This document shows positions 23,713 to 35,339 of a stretch of 64,000 bases of DNA, piece after piece (within the stretch, counting starts at the first letter, position 1; every line of letters starts with the position of its first letter). The position numbers and the translations under genes are program-made. Origin of the DNA: Octopus vulgaris. Lineage: Eukaryota. Location: the NCBI GenBank assembly GCA_951406725.2, contig OX597819.1:90458001-90522000 (forward strand), in the 5' to 3' direction. The notes under the pieces are model-generated. The model worked only from the letters and a program-made list of their open reading frames with translations. It searched no databases and was not told where the DNA came from.

Positions 23713-24845
23713 GATAAAGTTTTTAGTTGAAGTCGAGAGTCACCAATTATAACAGGCAGGTTATGATAAATCCAAAAGCATGCGAAGTAAAGTTTGAGGT
23801 CTCTTCATTGTTTAGTAGTAATTGCTGAGACAGATAGAATGACATTGTAAGGGACAGAATTAGAGCTATAGAGAATTCTGTGGTGTTGTCTCACAACTGC
23901 TGACAGGAATTTTCATTTCTCTTGCTGACTATTATATTCTAGCAGTCCTTTCCTTAACTAATTGAGTCATCACGAGCTGCCTCGTTCAGTTGTCAACAAG
24001 TGACTAACTGATTTTTGCTTGGGGTATGCTTGCTTATATAAAGATCCAGAAGGATAGATATATCATTGAGAACAATAGATTTAGTTAGTGGTCTTGTTAT
24101 CCCTATGCTAGCTTTTGGTGAAATAGAAGAGGTTAGAAAGAGTCAAGTAGTGAAAACATTATTTCAGCCTAGCTAAAGGCATCTGGAAAATGTAAAACTG
24201 TTGTCAGAGAAAAAAACCATTGTTCCACCGTGGGAAATGTTCTGTAGCAGTGTTAATTTAAATTTGGCTATGGTGGATCGAATCCACTTCATGCATGCAA
24301 GATTCACTACACACACTCCTCTTGCCAGTGAGCGTTCTGGTAAAGAAACAAACAATCGAAGGAAACAAAGAAACGCATGGTAAATGCCTTGGAATGTTTT
24401 TGAGCAGTGAAATGCGTCTGGTGCTGTTGTTGTGGTTAATTGCTGAGTTAGCAAGGACAACAGTGTAGCATGCTGGAGTGATGCGCGAGACAGGTCATTT
24501 TCTCTGTTAATTACTTGACCAAACGGGGGTCTAACAGGGTGAAATTATGTCTAAACATGAGCGCAGAGCATGTGATCATCCGACGTGCTTCGAGTCGTGA
24601 GAAGAATTGAGCTGACGCAGACATATTGCAAAACAAAGGAGTAGATGTGCATAACAGAGGTGCATGTGCTTGTGTACAATAGAGCTTACAAGGCCAAGGC
24701 TAATGCTAGTGCATTGATTACAAATACTGTGTACAGTATTGAATATGCCAGTGATCAATGCAGTAAGGCTGAGGCTGCCAGCCGGTGCATGAGGTATTAT
24801 ATGCCTCGATCGTGCAGGAACAAAAGTGTGGCATGCTGACGCATT

Positions 24846-25784
24846 GTTAGTTAGTTAGTTAGTTAATTTGGCTCAAAAGCAAATAGCAAGGCCATGTAGG
24901 GGGACATGGAGTTAAGTACAGGGTGGTGTTCTTGTAAAGAGTTCAGGCCACTTGAGGTCAAGGGAGGCTTTGAACAAAGTGGTCGTCGGCATCTTCACCA
25001 TCTCGTCTGGCAGCTTGTGCCACGGATCCGCAACCCGGAAGGAGAAAGCTCCTCTCCTTCGATTGAGATGAAATCGTCGCAGGTAGAGCTTTTCGGAATG
25101 ACCCCGCAGCCGACGCTCTGGAGCAGGAGTGAAGAACAGCTCTTTCGAGAGGTTACACTTTCCGCTTATGATGTTGTGGGCGAGAATGAGATCACCACGG
25201 CGGCGGCGTTTTTCAAGAGAATAAAGGTCGAGCGTCCTCAGCCTTTCTTCATAGGACAAATTTCTGAGACCATGAACCATGCGGGTAGCCAGCTTCTGGA
25301 CTCTTTCGAGATGCTGTATGTCTTTGAGGAGATAAGGAGAAGAGGCTTGAATCCCGTACTCCAATATGGGTCTCACCAGCGTGACATAGACTGGTAGGAA
25401 TATGGCTGCTGTGAGCATTCCGAATGACTGTCGAATCAAGAACAGAATTCCGCGTGCTTTGTTGGCAGCAAGGACGCACTGGGCCGAAAGCGAAAAGGAG
25501 GAATCCACCAAGATACCCAGGTCCTTTACCCGATCAGTCCTCTCCAGCAGCAGACGACCCGGCTCGAAATCAAGTTGAGTTGCAGGAGGAGAGCCAACAG
25601 GCAGATGACAGCACTTTGACACGTTCAGACACAGGTCCCATTCGTTAGACCACTTCCAAATTTGGTGGAGGCATCGACGAAAATCCTCTATATCACCGCG
25701 AGGAGCGACCAGTTTGATATCGTCGGCAAATAGAAGGGTGTGTTGCGTGAGGTCGTCGGGCAAGTCATTTATGAAGACTAAGAA
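24846..25784 (-). mobile_element. 5'-truncated CR1-clade LINE nested in the LTR element (ORF 24912-25763, RT C-terminal half)
   Basis: FINDLP, LLFADDIKL, DLGILVD, LVRPILEY, LERVQK.ATR, SYEERL and RGH motifs. (TAAC)n tail at 24846-24866. Confidence 0.93.
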
Positions 25785-26094
25785 CCAAGCAACTTTCTCT
25801 ATGTTTGCATGACCAACCTAGGGTCTTACAGAGATGAGTTGTGTCTACAAGGGTGCATTGAGTATGGAAAACAAGTGAGAAAGGCATGTATGGTGCATGA
25901 ATGTGACAGAGATAGCATTTATGTGTGCAGATACGTGCACAAGGCCAGGCACTGAGGAAAGGTACAAGCGTGTGTGTATGCAACAATACAAACGTTTGCA
26001 AAGTAAACGAAAAAAAGTACATGCAAAATATGAATAATGATAAAGAACATTCAAAAAGATATACACACGAATTTAGCTGTTTTAGTGAAACGAG

Positions 26095-26190
26095 TCATCG
26101 CAGAATTTGTGCATCGCGGAATGTGTGCATCACTGAATGTGTGCATCGTGGAATGTGTGCATCACGGAATGTGTGCATCGTGGAATGTGT
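26095..26190. repeat. 16-bp tandem repeat (gcatcgtggaatgtgt) x about 6
   Basis: Read directly from the sequence. Confidence 0.85.
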
Positions 26191-27650
26191 GACTCATAAA
26201 CAAATGTTAGTGTACAGTGCAAAAAGAACAATAAAATAAGCAAAAATAACAAACCTAACTGAAAATAGTATCCTTTGTTAAAAGTCTACAGCTGAAAGTG
26301 AAAAGAATATGTGCATGCAAGTAAAAATCGTTGTTGAATGTCTATGTGAGAGTCTTATGTACATGCAAAAGTTCATAGACAATGCAGGGTTTGTACGTCG
26401 GGACAAGACGAAAAGCGTGTGTGTGCCAGAAAGGTTGCTTGTGTGGGCTTCCGTATTTTCTTCCAGCTAGTTTCTGGGCATGAAGCTGTTGAAATGTTGC
26501 GCTTATAGGCTTTTATGGTCGGCAGATACCTTGTGCGTCAGCAGTGTTGCATCTTGGTGGTGACGAAGGTTGTCATTCGTTTTTCTTTGGTTTAGCGACT
26601 GTAGATATTCTAGTTCTTTAGTTCGAATCAGTAAAAATGCAGCGGCAAGTAGCATCGGAAGGTAGTAATTCTCTTTACATGGGTTCACCAAGTTGTTGGT
26701 AATGCAGCTTCAGAAGGCATCGATTCTTTCGCTCGGGTCGACAATTGTGACTGTTGGTAATGCAGTTTCAGAATTCTTTTTCACGGGGTCACCAATTGTA
26801 ACAGTAGAAGAATTGATTTGTTTTGTTGAAGTCGAGGGACACCAAATGTAACGGTAAAACTTTGTAAACAATATTATGAATTTGTCGGAGTCACCAATTG
26901 TAACGGGAGATATGGATTAGTAAATATTATTATTATGATGTCAGGGTCAACAGTTGTGACGATAAAAAGTTGTTATAATCACATGTAAAATGTGAAAGAT
27001 GAACAATGCATGAAGTTTTATCGAAGTGATTATTTACCATTACGTTACAAATACCTTGCCTCGACGAGCAGGTTTTGATACATCCAAAAGTATGTGAAGT
27101 AAAGTTTGTGTTTGTGTCCTCTTCATTGTTTAGTAGTAGTAATTATGGAGTCAGATAGAATGATGTTGTAAGAGAACAGAATTAGAGCTAGTGAGAATTG
27201 TAGGGTGTGGGACGTTGCTGACGGTAAACTTCATTTCTCCCTCTGACCAAGGTTCTAGCTGGCCAGCCAGACTACGTTCTCACTGAGTTTGTCACCGAAC
27301 GGTCACTATCTCCGTTGAGTTGTCATGACTGTGACAAACTGACTTTTGCTTGGGGTGTGCTTGCTTATATAAAGATCCAGAAGGATAGATATATCATTGA
27401 GAACAATAGATTTAGTTGGTGGTCTTGTTATCTCTATGCTAGCTTTTGGTGAAATAGAAGAGGTTAGAAAGGGTCAAGTAGTGAAAACATTATTTCGGCC
27501 TGGCTAAAGGCATCTGGAAAATGTAAAACTGCTGTCAGAGGAAAACCATTGTTTCACTGTGGGAAAAGTTCTGTAGCAGTGTCAATTTAAATTTGGCTAT
27601 GGTGGATCAAATCCACTTCATGCATGCAAGATTCACTACATATCTATATA

Positions 27651-28495
27651 CTAGCAAAAGCAACTGTCCTTTGGACAGTTTAAGTTGCTTTGGTGGTATT
27701 TTTTCCATCAAATAATTGAACTACCTAGGTTTGAGTAGCATAGCAATCTATGTTTCTGATTAACCTAGGAATGGAAAATCAAATTGAAGGGTAGTTATAG
27801 TGGATGTCATTGGACTTTAATGATCATAGAACATATAAGTTTGCAAGCGATGCAAAGTAGAGCTACTGAAGTGTTTTGGGAGTAGATTACAGGTAATGAC
27901 TACAAAATATAGTTGTTTTACATGAAAGTGACATTTTTTATCAGAAACAGCCTCATAAATGATGTACGGAAATTGAAGGAAGACATTGAAACTTCTCTGT
28001 GAGTTTATTTCACTCAACAGCAAAAGGAGCCATTTTTTCAGAGAGATAAGCTAACAAAAACCCCTTTATTCTGTCTTCTCACATAGCCTGTGCATAAACT
28101 AACAGTGAATGCCACATAAAGTTAAATTGGTATGGAGCTTTCTGAAAGATACATGTAGCTCTCGCTAGTGGAAGCAAAACTCGGCGGGATTATGATGTAA
28201 GCGTGTGCTAAAACCCCTCATTACCCTTTTTATTTTTATGAATTTTTACAAAATTTTTTCAACTCTGTCTTCTGTATAATGGAATTGATGTGATTATGCA
28301 AAAAAAAAAAAAAAATTTTTTTTCCAAATTCTTCCCCGCCACATTTTTCATAATTCGTGGTTTTAAAATACAGACAATCCAAATCTACTATTCATTTCTC
28401 TTTATAATAACCACTAAAATTTTTAAATACTTTTATGGACAAAAGTCAATCGACAGTCTTCATACTTTTTCACATAATCTTGGACTTTATATCTG
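27651..28495 (-). mobile_element. Helitron-like non-autonomous element (3' end firm, 5' end uncertain)
   Basis: Hairpin AACTGTCC-ttt-GGACAGTT (27662-27680) lies 7 nt from a CTAG terminus (27651-27654) followed by T on the minus strand. Confidence 0.55.
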
Positions 28496-28820
28496 AAATG
28501 CCAGTGACATGCTGTATGTCCATCAACAATATTAGCAGACAGACAGCCGTACAGTGGGAACACATATAGTACATGTTGTTGCTTTCACCAAACGATTTTT
28601 AGAACGAACTCATTGCATTTTTATTAAGCCACCAACACAAAAATAGTCATACAAGTGTGATAGAAACTTAAGACTAAAAACACCAAGAATCTTTGTGTTA
28701 TGGTAGAAATAGGTCCATCCAGTAGAGCTACTATATCAATGTAGTTGAGTGTAGCTATGTTATGACATAGATATATACGTCTGGTGTAAAATGCTATTAT
28801 GCAAATAAATGGAGTGGCTA

Positions 28821-28993
28821 TAGGCACAGGAGTGGCTGTGTGGTAAGTAGCTTGCTTACCAACCACATGGTTCCGGGTTCAGTCCCACTGCATGGCATCT
28901 TGGGCAAGTGTCTTCTACTATAGCCTCAGGCCAACCAAAGCCTTGTGAGTGGATTTGGTAGACGGAAACTCAAAGAAGCCCGTTGTATATATG

Positions 28994-29024
<31 letters not shown>

Positions 29025-29218
29025 CTGTGCTTGTCCCCCTAGCATTGCTTGACAACCGATGCTGGTGTGTTTACGTCACTGTCACTTAGCAGTTCGGCAA
29101 AAGAGACCGATAGAATAAGTACTGGGCTTACAAAGAATAAGTCCCAAGATCGATTTGCTCGACTAAAGGCAGTGCTCCAGCATGGCCACAGTCAAATGAC
29201 TGAAACAAATAAAAGAGT
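28821..29218 (+). mobile_element. Full-length tRNA-derived SINE (reference copy of the dominant family)
   Basis: A box TGGCTGTGTGG, B box GGTTCAGTCCC, core cttgggcaagtgtctt, internal (TA)/(TG) tract, A-rich tail. Other copies near 15595, 22540, 33820, 52165 and 57011. Confidence 0.9.
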
Positions 29219-29634
29219 ATCGCAGAAATGTATGTTAACACAGACTGCACTCCGTACTACACAAACATAGGTACGATACTCAGTATTCACTATTCAACTA
29301 CCAACTGCTAAACCAACACGTCATACTAACAGGGTTAACCAACACAATCAAACTAACACCATCAACTATCCTCTCTGACAGTTCACTCAGTTCATATTTA
29401 TTGTAATCGGTTAGTCCACCTTCAGTCATGTGGGGGTGTTCAGGATTTTCCCCATAACAGACTAGTTTGAACAGATGGAACTATCTTTACACAGGTTGGA
29501 TTTGGTAATTTAAATGCTAAACAGTAAATAAAATGCAAGGCAATGTATATGATACAAAGAGTGTGGGTCAATAAAATGAAGACATGCATCATGAAAATAC
29601 AATACATAGAATAATTATTTTAAACTTTTCTCAC

Positions 29635-29752
29635 CAAAGTTATCAGAAAGAATCCATTTCCAGTGCCTAAATCAACTATAGCATCAGTATGTTTTATTTC
29701 TTTGCAGGTTTTTATCCATTCAATGATATTTTGTTGACACTTCTTTCCAAAC
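29635..29752 (-). CDS. EEF1AKMT2: EEF1AKMT2 exon 3 (FGKKCQQNIIEWIK...IVDLGTGNGFFLITL)
   Basis: SAM-binding motif I DLGTGNG. AG and GTGAG boundaries, 118 nt, phase 2 to 0. Confidence 0.95.
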
Positions 29753-30469
29753 CTTTAAAAAACATATATACATTTTAAAAGTCATTTTAATGGTATTATA
29801 AACCCTGTTAAAAATTTAAGACCAGAACACTTTAAAACCAATCACACATTAAAACTTATTAAGGAACTTAAAGGAACATTATTTTTATATGTAGAAATAT
29901 TTAAAGATATCTAAAGAAAAAGCAAAAAATTAAAACATCTGTGAAGTAAAATTAAACCAAAGTTGTCTTGAACCCATAGGTGCAAAGGTCAATAAAATTG
30001 AGCACCAGACGTGAAGTGGTTTTCATTTAATTGACTAAACTTCTCATTTACAAAGTTATGAGCTCTTGCAGGTAGGAGAAATCATTCATCATCATCATCG
30101 TTTAACGTCCATTTTCCATGCTAGCACAGGCTGGACCACATAATTCATTTAAATTTGATGATGATAATGATAGTGGTGATGATGATCACTTTCTTGCTCT
30201 TAACGACAGTAAAAAGAAAGGGATTTAGAATCTCATTGTACTCAACCAACTACAATATATCACTGTGGTCCCAGACCAGACTCAAATACAGGATAATTGA
30301 TTATTCTGGATCTATGGGTTATATCTACACATTCTATTTACTATTGTATACAAAAGGTTTTCTGAAGAAACAGTAAATGACAGGATATTAAGCATAAATT
30401 ATAGTGAAAGGCATACAGGAAGTTGTGACATTCATATCTTTTCCAAGAATATTGATTTTTAACTATGCA

Positions 30470-30842
30470 CAAGGACACCAATTTCTGGGCATGGTGTAAT
30501 TGGTTATATCAAACCCAATACTTTCTTTTATCATCCCTGGAAGGATAAAAAACAAAACTGATCTTAGTGGAATTTGAACTCAGACAGCTGGCCTTGTTTC
30601 AAAATTTGAAACCAATATTTAATTGCCACACTCAAAAGTGTGGCAATTAAATATTGGTTTCAAATTTTGAAACAAGGCCAACCATTTCAGGGGAAGGGTA
30701 AGTCTATTAAATCAGCCACACTGTCCAATTGGTATTTATTTTATTGATCCCAATATGATGAAAAGCAAAGTCAACCTTGGTGATGAAATGCCACTAAGCA
30801 TTTTGTTCAGTATGCCAATGATTCTGCTAGCTTGCTGCCTTG
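30470..30842 (-). mobile_element. SINE fragments (ggcagaatcattagc / gagttcaaattcc family) around a perfect palindrome
   Basis: Reverse-complement homology to 34625-35170. Confidence 0.7.
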
Positions 30843-31558
30843 TGGCAACTATTACAAGATATTTTGTCCAATTCGCTACCAATTATTTTAACTCAACACT
30901 TTTTTAAAGAATATTAACTTCAGATCTGAATATCAACTTCCTAAAGGAAAGAGTCTGCTACATGCAGTTACACACATTACCAACATCTGTCACAATGATG
31001 GTAGTGTGAGTTATATTCAAGTGAAAATAACTTTTACAAAGATATTTATTTTTCTAAAGCATGCAAGTTCAAACAAGTCTGTATGCTATGAAGACATGCA
31101 GACAAAAACTAGTTTCTGGTTTCTATTTATTTGTACTGATTGTCTATTTATAAGGATGACTTCAGTAATCTTATGTCTGCTTATATATCCTTAGTTATTC
31201 TGGATTGGAAAAGAGCAAGCTAGACAGGAAACAAAATATCAGGTTTTTTAGTCATAACAAGTTGAAGGTAGGCAGTGAGCAAAATATTCAGCACTCTAAA
31301 GGTGAGACACATGAAGTAGTTTGAATTTTAAGAGTATTTGCATGAATCAGAATGACAGTGAGAAGTGTGCTCAAACAATACTGGAATACTTAGCTCCCAG
31401 AGAATGTGAAAAGAAAAATGTATATAGAAGTGAGTTATTGAATGAAGAGTATGAGCAAGATAGTGAAAACCTACATTCACTGGAAACACCAGGAAAGCAT
31501 CAAAAGAGTCAGCATGAAACAGAAATTGAATTTCCTCAAATTACACAGTACCATCTTA

Positions 31559-31995
31559 AACCTCCGAAAAACCTCTCTTGCCAACCTCTGGAAAACCTCT
31601 CTCGCCAACCTCCAAAAAACCACTCTTGCCAATCTCCGAAAAACTTCTCTTGCCAATCTCTGAAAAACCTCTCTCACCAACCTCTGAAAAACCTCTCTTG
31701 CCAACCTCTGAAAAACCTCTCTCACCAACCTCTGAAAAACCTCTCTCGCCAATCTCCGAAAAACCTCTCTTGCCAACCTCTGGAAAACATCTCTCGATAA
31801 TCTCCGAAAAATCTATCTTGCCAATCTCCAAGAAACCTCTCTTGCCAACCTCTGAAAAATCTCTCTTGCCATCCTCTGGAAAACCTCTCTCGCCAACCTC
31901 TGAAAAATCACTCTTGCCAATTTCCGAAAAACCTCGCTCGCCAACCTCCGAAAAACCTCTCGCCAACCTCCGAAAAACCTCTCTCACCAACCTCC
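31559..31995. repeat. 24-bp minisatellite (cctctgaaaaacctctcttgccaa) x about 18
   Basis: Read directly from the sequence. Explains the repetitive ORFs in several frames. Confidence 0.95.
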
Positions 31996-32155
31996 AACAA
32001 TCTCTCCCTCCTCCAGCCGACAGTTTTTTGTACTTTTCACAACAGAAAATACACCTTTTGTGGCAGTTATAATGAAATTGCTTTTTTATATCAGAGTAAT
32101 AAGGCGTTTAAATAGAACATCCTTACCCCTGGGAATTACCGGGAACACCAGCTAG
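31996..32155 (+). mobile_element. Helitron-like 3' terminus adjoining the minisatellite
   Basis: Imperfect GC hairpin ccctgggaattaccggg, then aacaccag-CTAG-T (32152-32156). Confidence 0.5.
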
Positions 32156-32159
32156 TGCC

Positions 32160-32575
32160 TAGCATATGTGGTGATCACAAGGGTTTTCTTAGTGTATTGC
32201 TCTTGTTTAAGTGAAATGAGGTGTGGTAATGCTTTCTAGATGGAGCAATGCTTGTGTTGTTTTGCTGTTACAGGAAATACAGTTGACATGACTCCATTAG
32301 AGGGTACATTTAAGGTCCCTGTTCATAGAATCAGTGCAGATTTAGTGTAAGGTGTCTAGGTTGCATGGGAAAGGTTAAGGAAGACTGAATGGTGCTATCA
32401 TCTGTAAAACAGTAGGTGTCACAGGAGGCGACAGCAAGTAGGTCATTGATGTGTAAAAGGAAAAGAATGGGCGACAGAATTGAACTTTGGGTACAGCAGA
32501 GTTGATAGAGTGTGGGTCAAGAGAGAGAAGCTCCACCAGCACAGGCTGCATTAGTGTAATCTGACAGGATACTAC
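32160..32575 (-). mobile_element. Old CR1/L2/Jockey-group RT fragment
   Basis: Minus strand reads roughly ILSPILFLLHINDLL...YCFTDDSTI. Confidence 0.65.
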
Positions 32576-34048
32576 TAATCTAATTTCTCTATGTAGTTTC
32601 TTAACTTACAAGAAATATCAGCCAAATCTCCCTCAACCATATCCTGCCAGCTTTAAAAAAAAAGAAGGAAAACAACATAAAGCATGAAATAAAGATAGGT
32701 TGGTCATTGTTGGAATGTCTTTGATAGTAAGTCTACATAATCAGGATTGATTTGGGGATATACAATAACAATAGACACACAGAAATTCATTAGAGAGTAG
32801 AGAGAATGCAATATGTCAGGATTGTCACAGGATTAATCAATGTATAAGATACAACACACAGATCCTTCCGAGTCATACTATGTTTCCATCTGGTTAAGGA
32901 TTATACTTCACATTCCAACAGACTAAACAGCATGGTTCTCAGCTTATAAAAGGAGGGAGAGAGAGACCGGGGATGATAGAGCAACTAGTACTAACCTTTC
33001 CCATGTTGTTTAGTACCAGATCAACTAACTGTTCAATAAATTAGATTATCATACCTATAAAAAACATTCTTCTTCTAAAAACCACCAGCTGAGTTTACAA
33101 GGTCATTAAATTTTCAATGCCCAGACCCTCTTAACTATAAATAAATACCATTATAAAGTGCAGTGGGACAAGTAGTGATGGTAATGTGTAACCCATAGGT
33201 GGTAAGCTTAATCCATTAAATGGTTTGGCACCACCATGTCTTTTGAGTGCCTTTTTTTTTTTTAGCAGTTGCATGCATTTGAACCAGGTCTCCAATCTAA
33301 GGAAAATGTCCTCCATTTTTTCCCACTAGTTACAGAAGCCCTGAGGAAAGAGGTGGGGGCTATAGATATTAACCATCTTCTTCTGCTTTAAACTACTGAA
33401 AAAAGAAAAAAAAAACTATTTTGTAAGCTTATTTTGCTGAAATGGACAAAACCAAAGATAGATAAAGTATTTCTAACTACAGAAACAAATGTTTAGCATG
33501 GGAAAATTGAAAATCATCATCATTATCATCATCAATTCAATGCCTACTTTTCTGTGGTTGCTTGGGTTGAATGGAATTCGATGAGGTGGATTTATTTTAT
33601 GGCCAAATCCCCTTCCTGTCACCAACCCTTACTTGTTTTCAAGTAAGGTATTATGTTTCCATTGAAGATTAGAAGGACACCGCTTGCATAAGGGTGACAC
33701 TTGCTTTTCAACTATCATGTGATGTCAGAGCAAGGAGACAGTAACCCACACACATACATACATACATATAGCATGGACAACAGACATTAAATGACGATGA
33801 TGATGATACACACACACACACACACAACAGGCTTCTTTTCAGTTTCTGTCTACCAGATCCACTCACAAGTCTTTGATTGGCCTGAGGCTATAGTAGAAGA
33901 AACTTTCTTAAGGGCCACACAGTGGGACAGAACCTCAAACAATGTAGTTCGAAAGGAAACCTCTTACCACACAGCTACATATGCACTAACTATAAGCTCA
34001 TGTTAAGATAAATAAAAAATACAAAAGGTTGATATGTGATTTTCTTAC

Positions 34049-34114
34049 CAAACGTCTCCAGTTTCACCATTATCCTCAAAATTTGTAAATTCTTGTTTAT
34101 AGGTATTTTCCCAA
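34049..34114 (-). CDS. EEF1AKMT2: EEF1AKMT2 exon 2 (FWENTYKQEFTNFEDNGETGDVW)
   Basis: ctttttcAG acceptor, GTAAGA donor, 66 nt, phase 2-2. Matches the family motif W..Y..E...F...G..G..W. Confidence 0.93.
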
Positions 34115-34494
34115 CTGAAAAAGAATTCAGAATTAATAATACTAAATTTATTAATAATATATTTAGTTCGACTTCATTATCTTTTCTTGTCATATTTCCA
34201 TCAGTTGAATTTCTAGTTTCTTTAAAATTTGTGACAATAACACCTGCCACCACCACTGTCCTCATCACCATTTTAATGTCCACTTTTCCATACTCTCACA
34301 AGCTAGATGAAATTCACTGAGACTGACTTTCTACAGTTGGATGCTTTTTTTCTGTTACTAATCCTCACCTGCTTCTCCCTCAGAAATATTTCCCCTTGTT
34401 TTTTGAACATAAACAGCACAATGGCCAGATCTCATCATTTCACATCTGTTTTCCATCCTGGCATGGGTTGGATGGTTTGACAAGAGCTGGCAAG

Positions 34495-35180
34495 CCAGAT
34501 TGATAAAATAAGTACCAGTTGAGTACTGAGGTCAATGTAATTTACTACTCCACCACCACCACCACCACCACCACCACCAAATTTATTTCAGGCCTTGTGC
34601 CTACAAAAGAAAATATTATTGTTATTAAGGTGGCGAGCTGGCAGAATCATTAGTACAGCAGGCAAAATGCTTAACAGCATTTCATCCATCTTTACATTCT
34701 AAGTTTAAATTCCTCCACAGTTGACTTTGCTTTTCATCCTTTCAAGGTCAATAAAATAAGGACCAGTTGAGCACTGTGATGGATCTAATCGACTTACAAT
34801 CTTCTTTGAAATTGCTGGTCTTGTGCCAAAATTTGAAACCATTATTATTAGTATTATTATTATTGTTATCATTATTAAGGCAGTGAGTACTGAAGTTGAT
34901 GTAATTCACTTAACCCTCCCCCAAACTTGCTGGCCTTGTGCCAAAATTTGAAATCATTATTAAGCCAGTAAGCTGGCAGAATTGTTAGCACATTGGTCTA
35001 AATGCTTAATAGCATTTCTTGTTTTCATGTATTGAGTTCAAATTCTGCCAAGGTTAGATTTGCCTTTCATCCTTTTGTGGTTGATAAAGCAAGTACAAAT
35101 TGAACACTGGGGTCAATGTAATTGACTAGTCCCCCTCTTCACAAATTTTAGTCCTTGTGCCTAAAGCAGAGAGGACTATT
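34495..35180 (+). mobile_element. Tandem cluster of SINEs (ggcgagctggcagaatc...gagttcaaattc...agtaccagttgagcactgggg family)
   Basis: Three to four homologous units separated by (ATT)n. Further copies on the minus strand at 36780-36985, 43170-43500 and 44520-44960. Confidence 0.8.
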
Positions 35181-35339
35181 ATTGTCTGTTTTGTACTTCC
35201 TGTTATATATCCTGTAGGGCCAGCTCCCTATAGCACCTCATGCCCTGTGGGCCTGAGGTGCTATAGGGTGGATAACACTTCATTGTCGGTACTCTCCAAA
35301 ATATAGCTGTTTCATGAAATGTGATCTTCTGGATTGCAT

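Larger units (their letters stand above)
23710..27640 (-). mobile_element. Non-autonomous LTR retrotransposon (Ty3/Gypsy, Mag-like; tRNA-Trp primed)
   Basis: Direct repeats of about 23755-24311 and 27068-27640, both starting TGTAG on the minus strand and containing a TATATAA box. Purine tract aagaggag lies just before the 3' LTR, and TGGTGACCCCG PBS motifs follow the 5' LTR. No intact gag or pol. Confidence 0.8.

Noticed and set aside
24906-25648. Plus-strand ORFs of 163 aa and 74 aa
   Set aside because: Antisense shadows of the CR1 RT ORF.
26678-26960. CRISPR array (repeat-spacer periodicity)
   Set aside because: Eukaryotic context, no cas genes, and the degenerate repeats match an LTR end plus tRNA-Trp PBS. 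Reported as a retroelement feature instead.
31442-32072. Repetitive protein-coding ORFs on both strands
   Set aside because: By-product of a 24-bp minisatellite. No splice or homology support.
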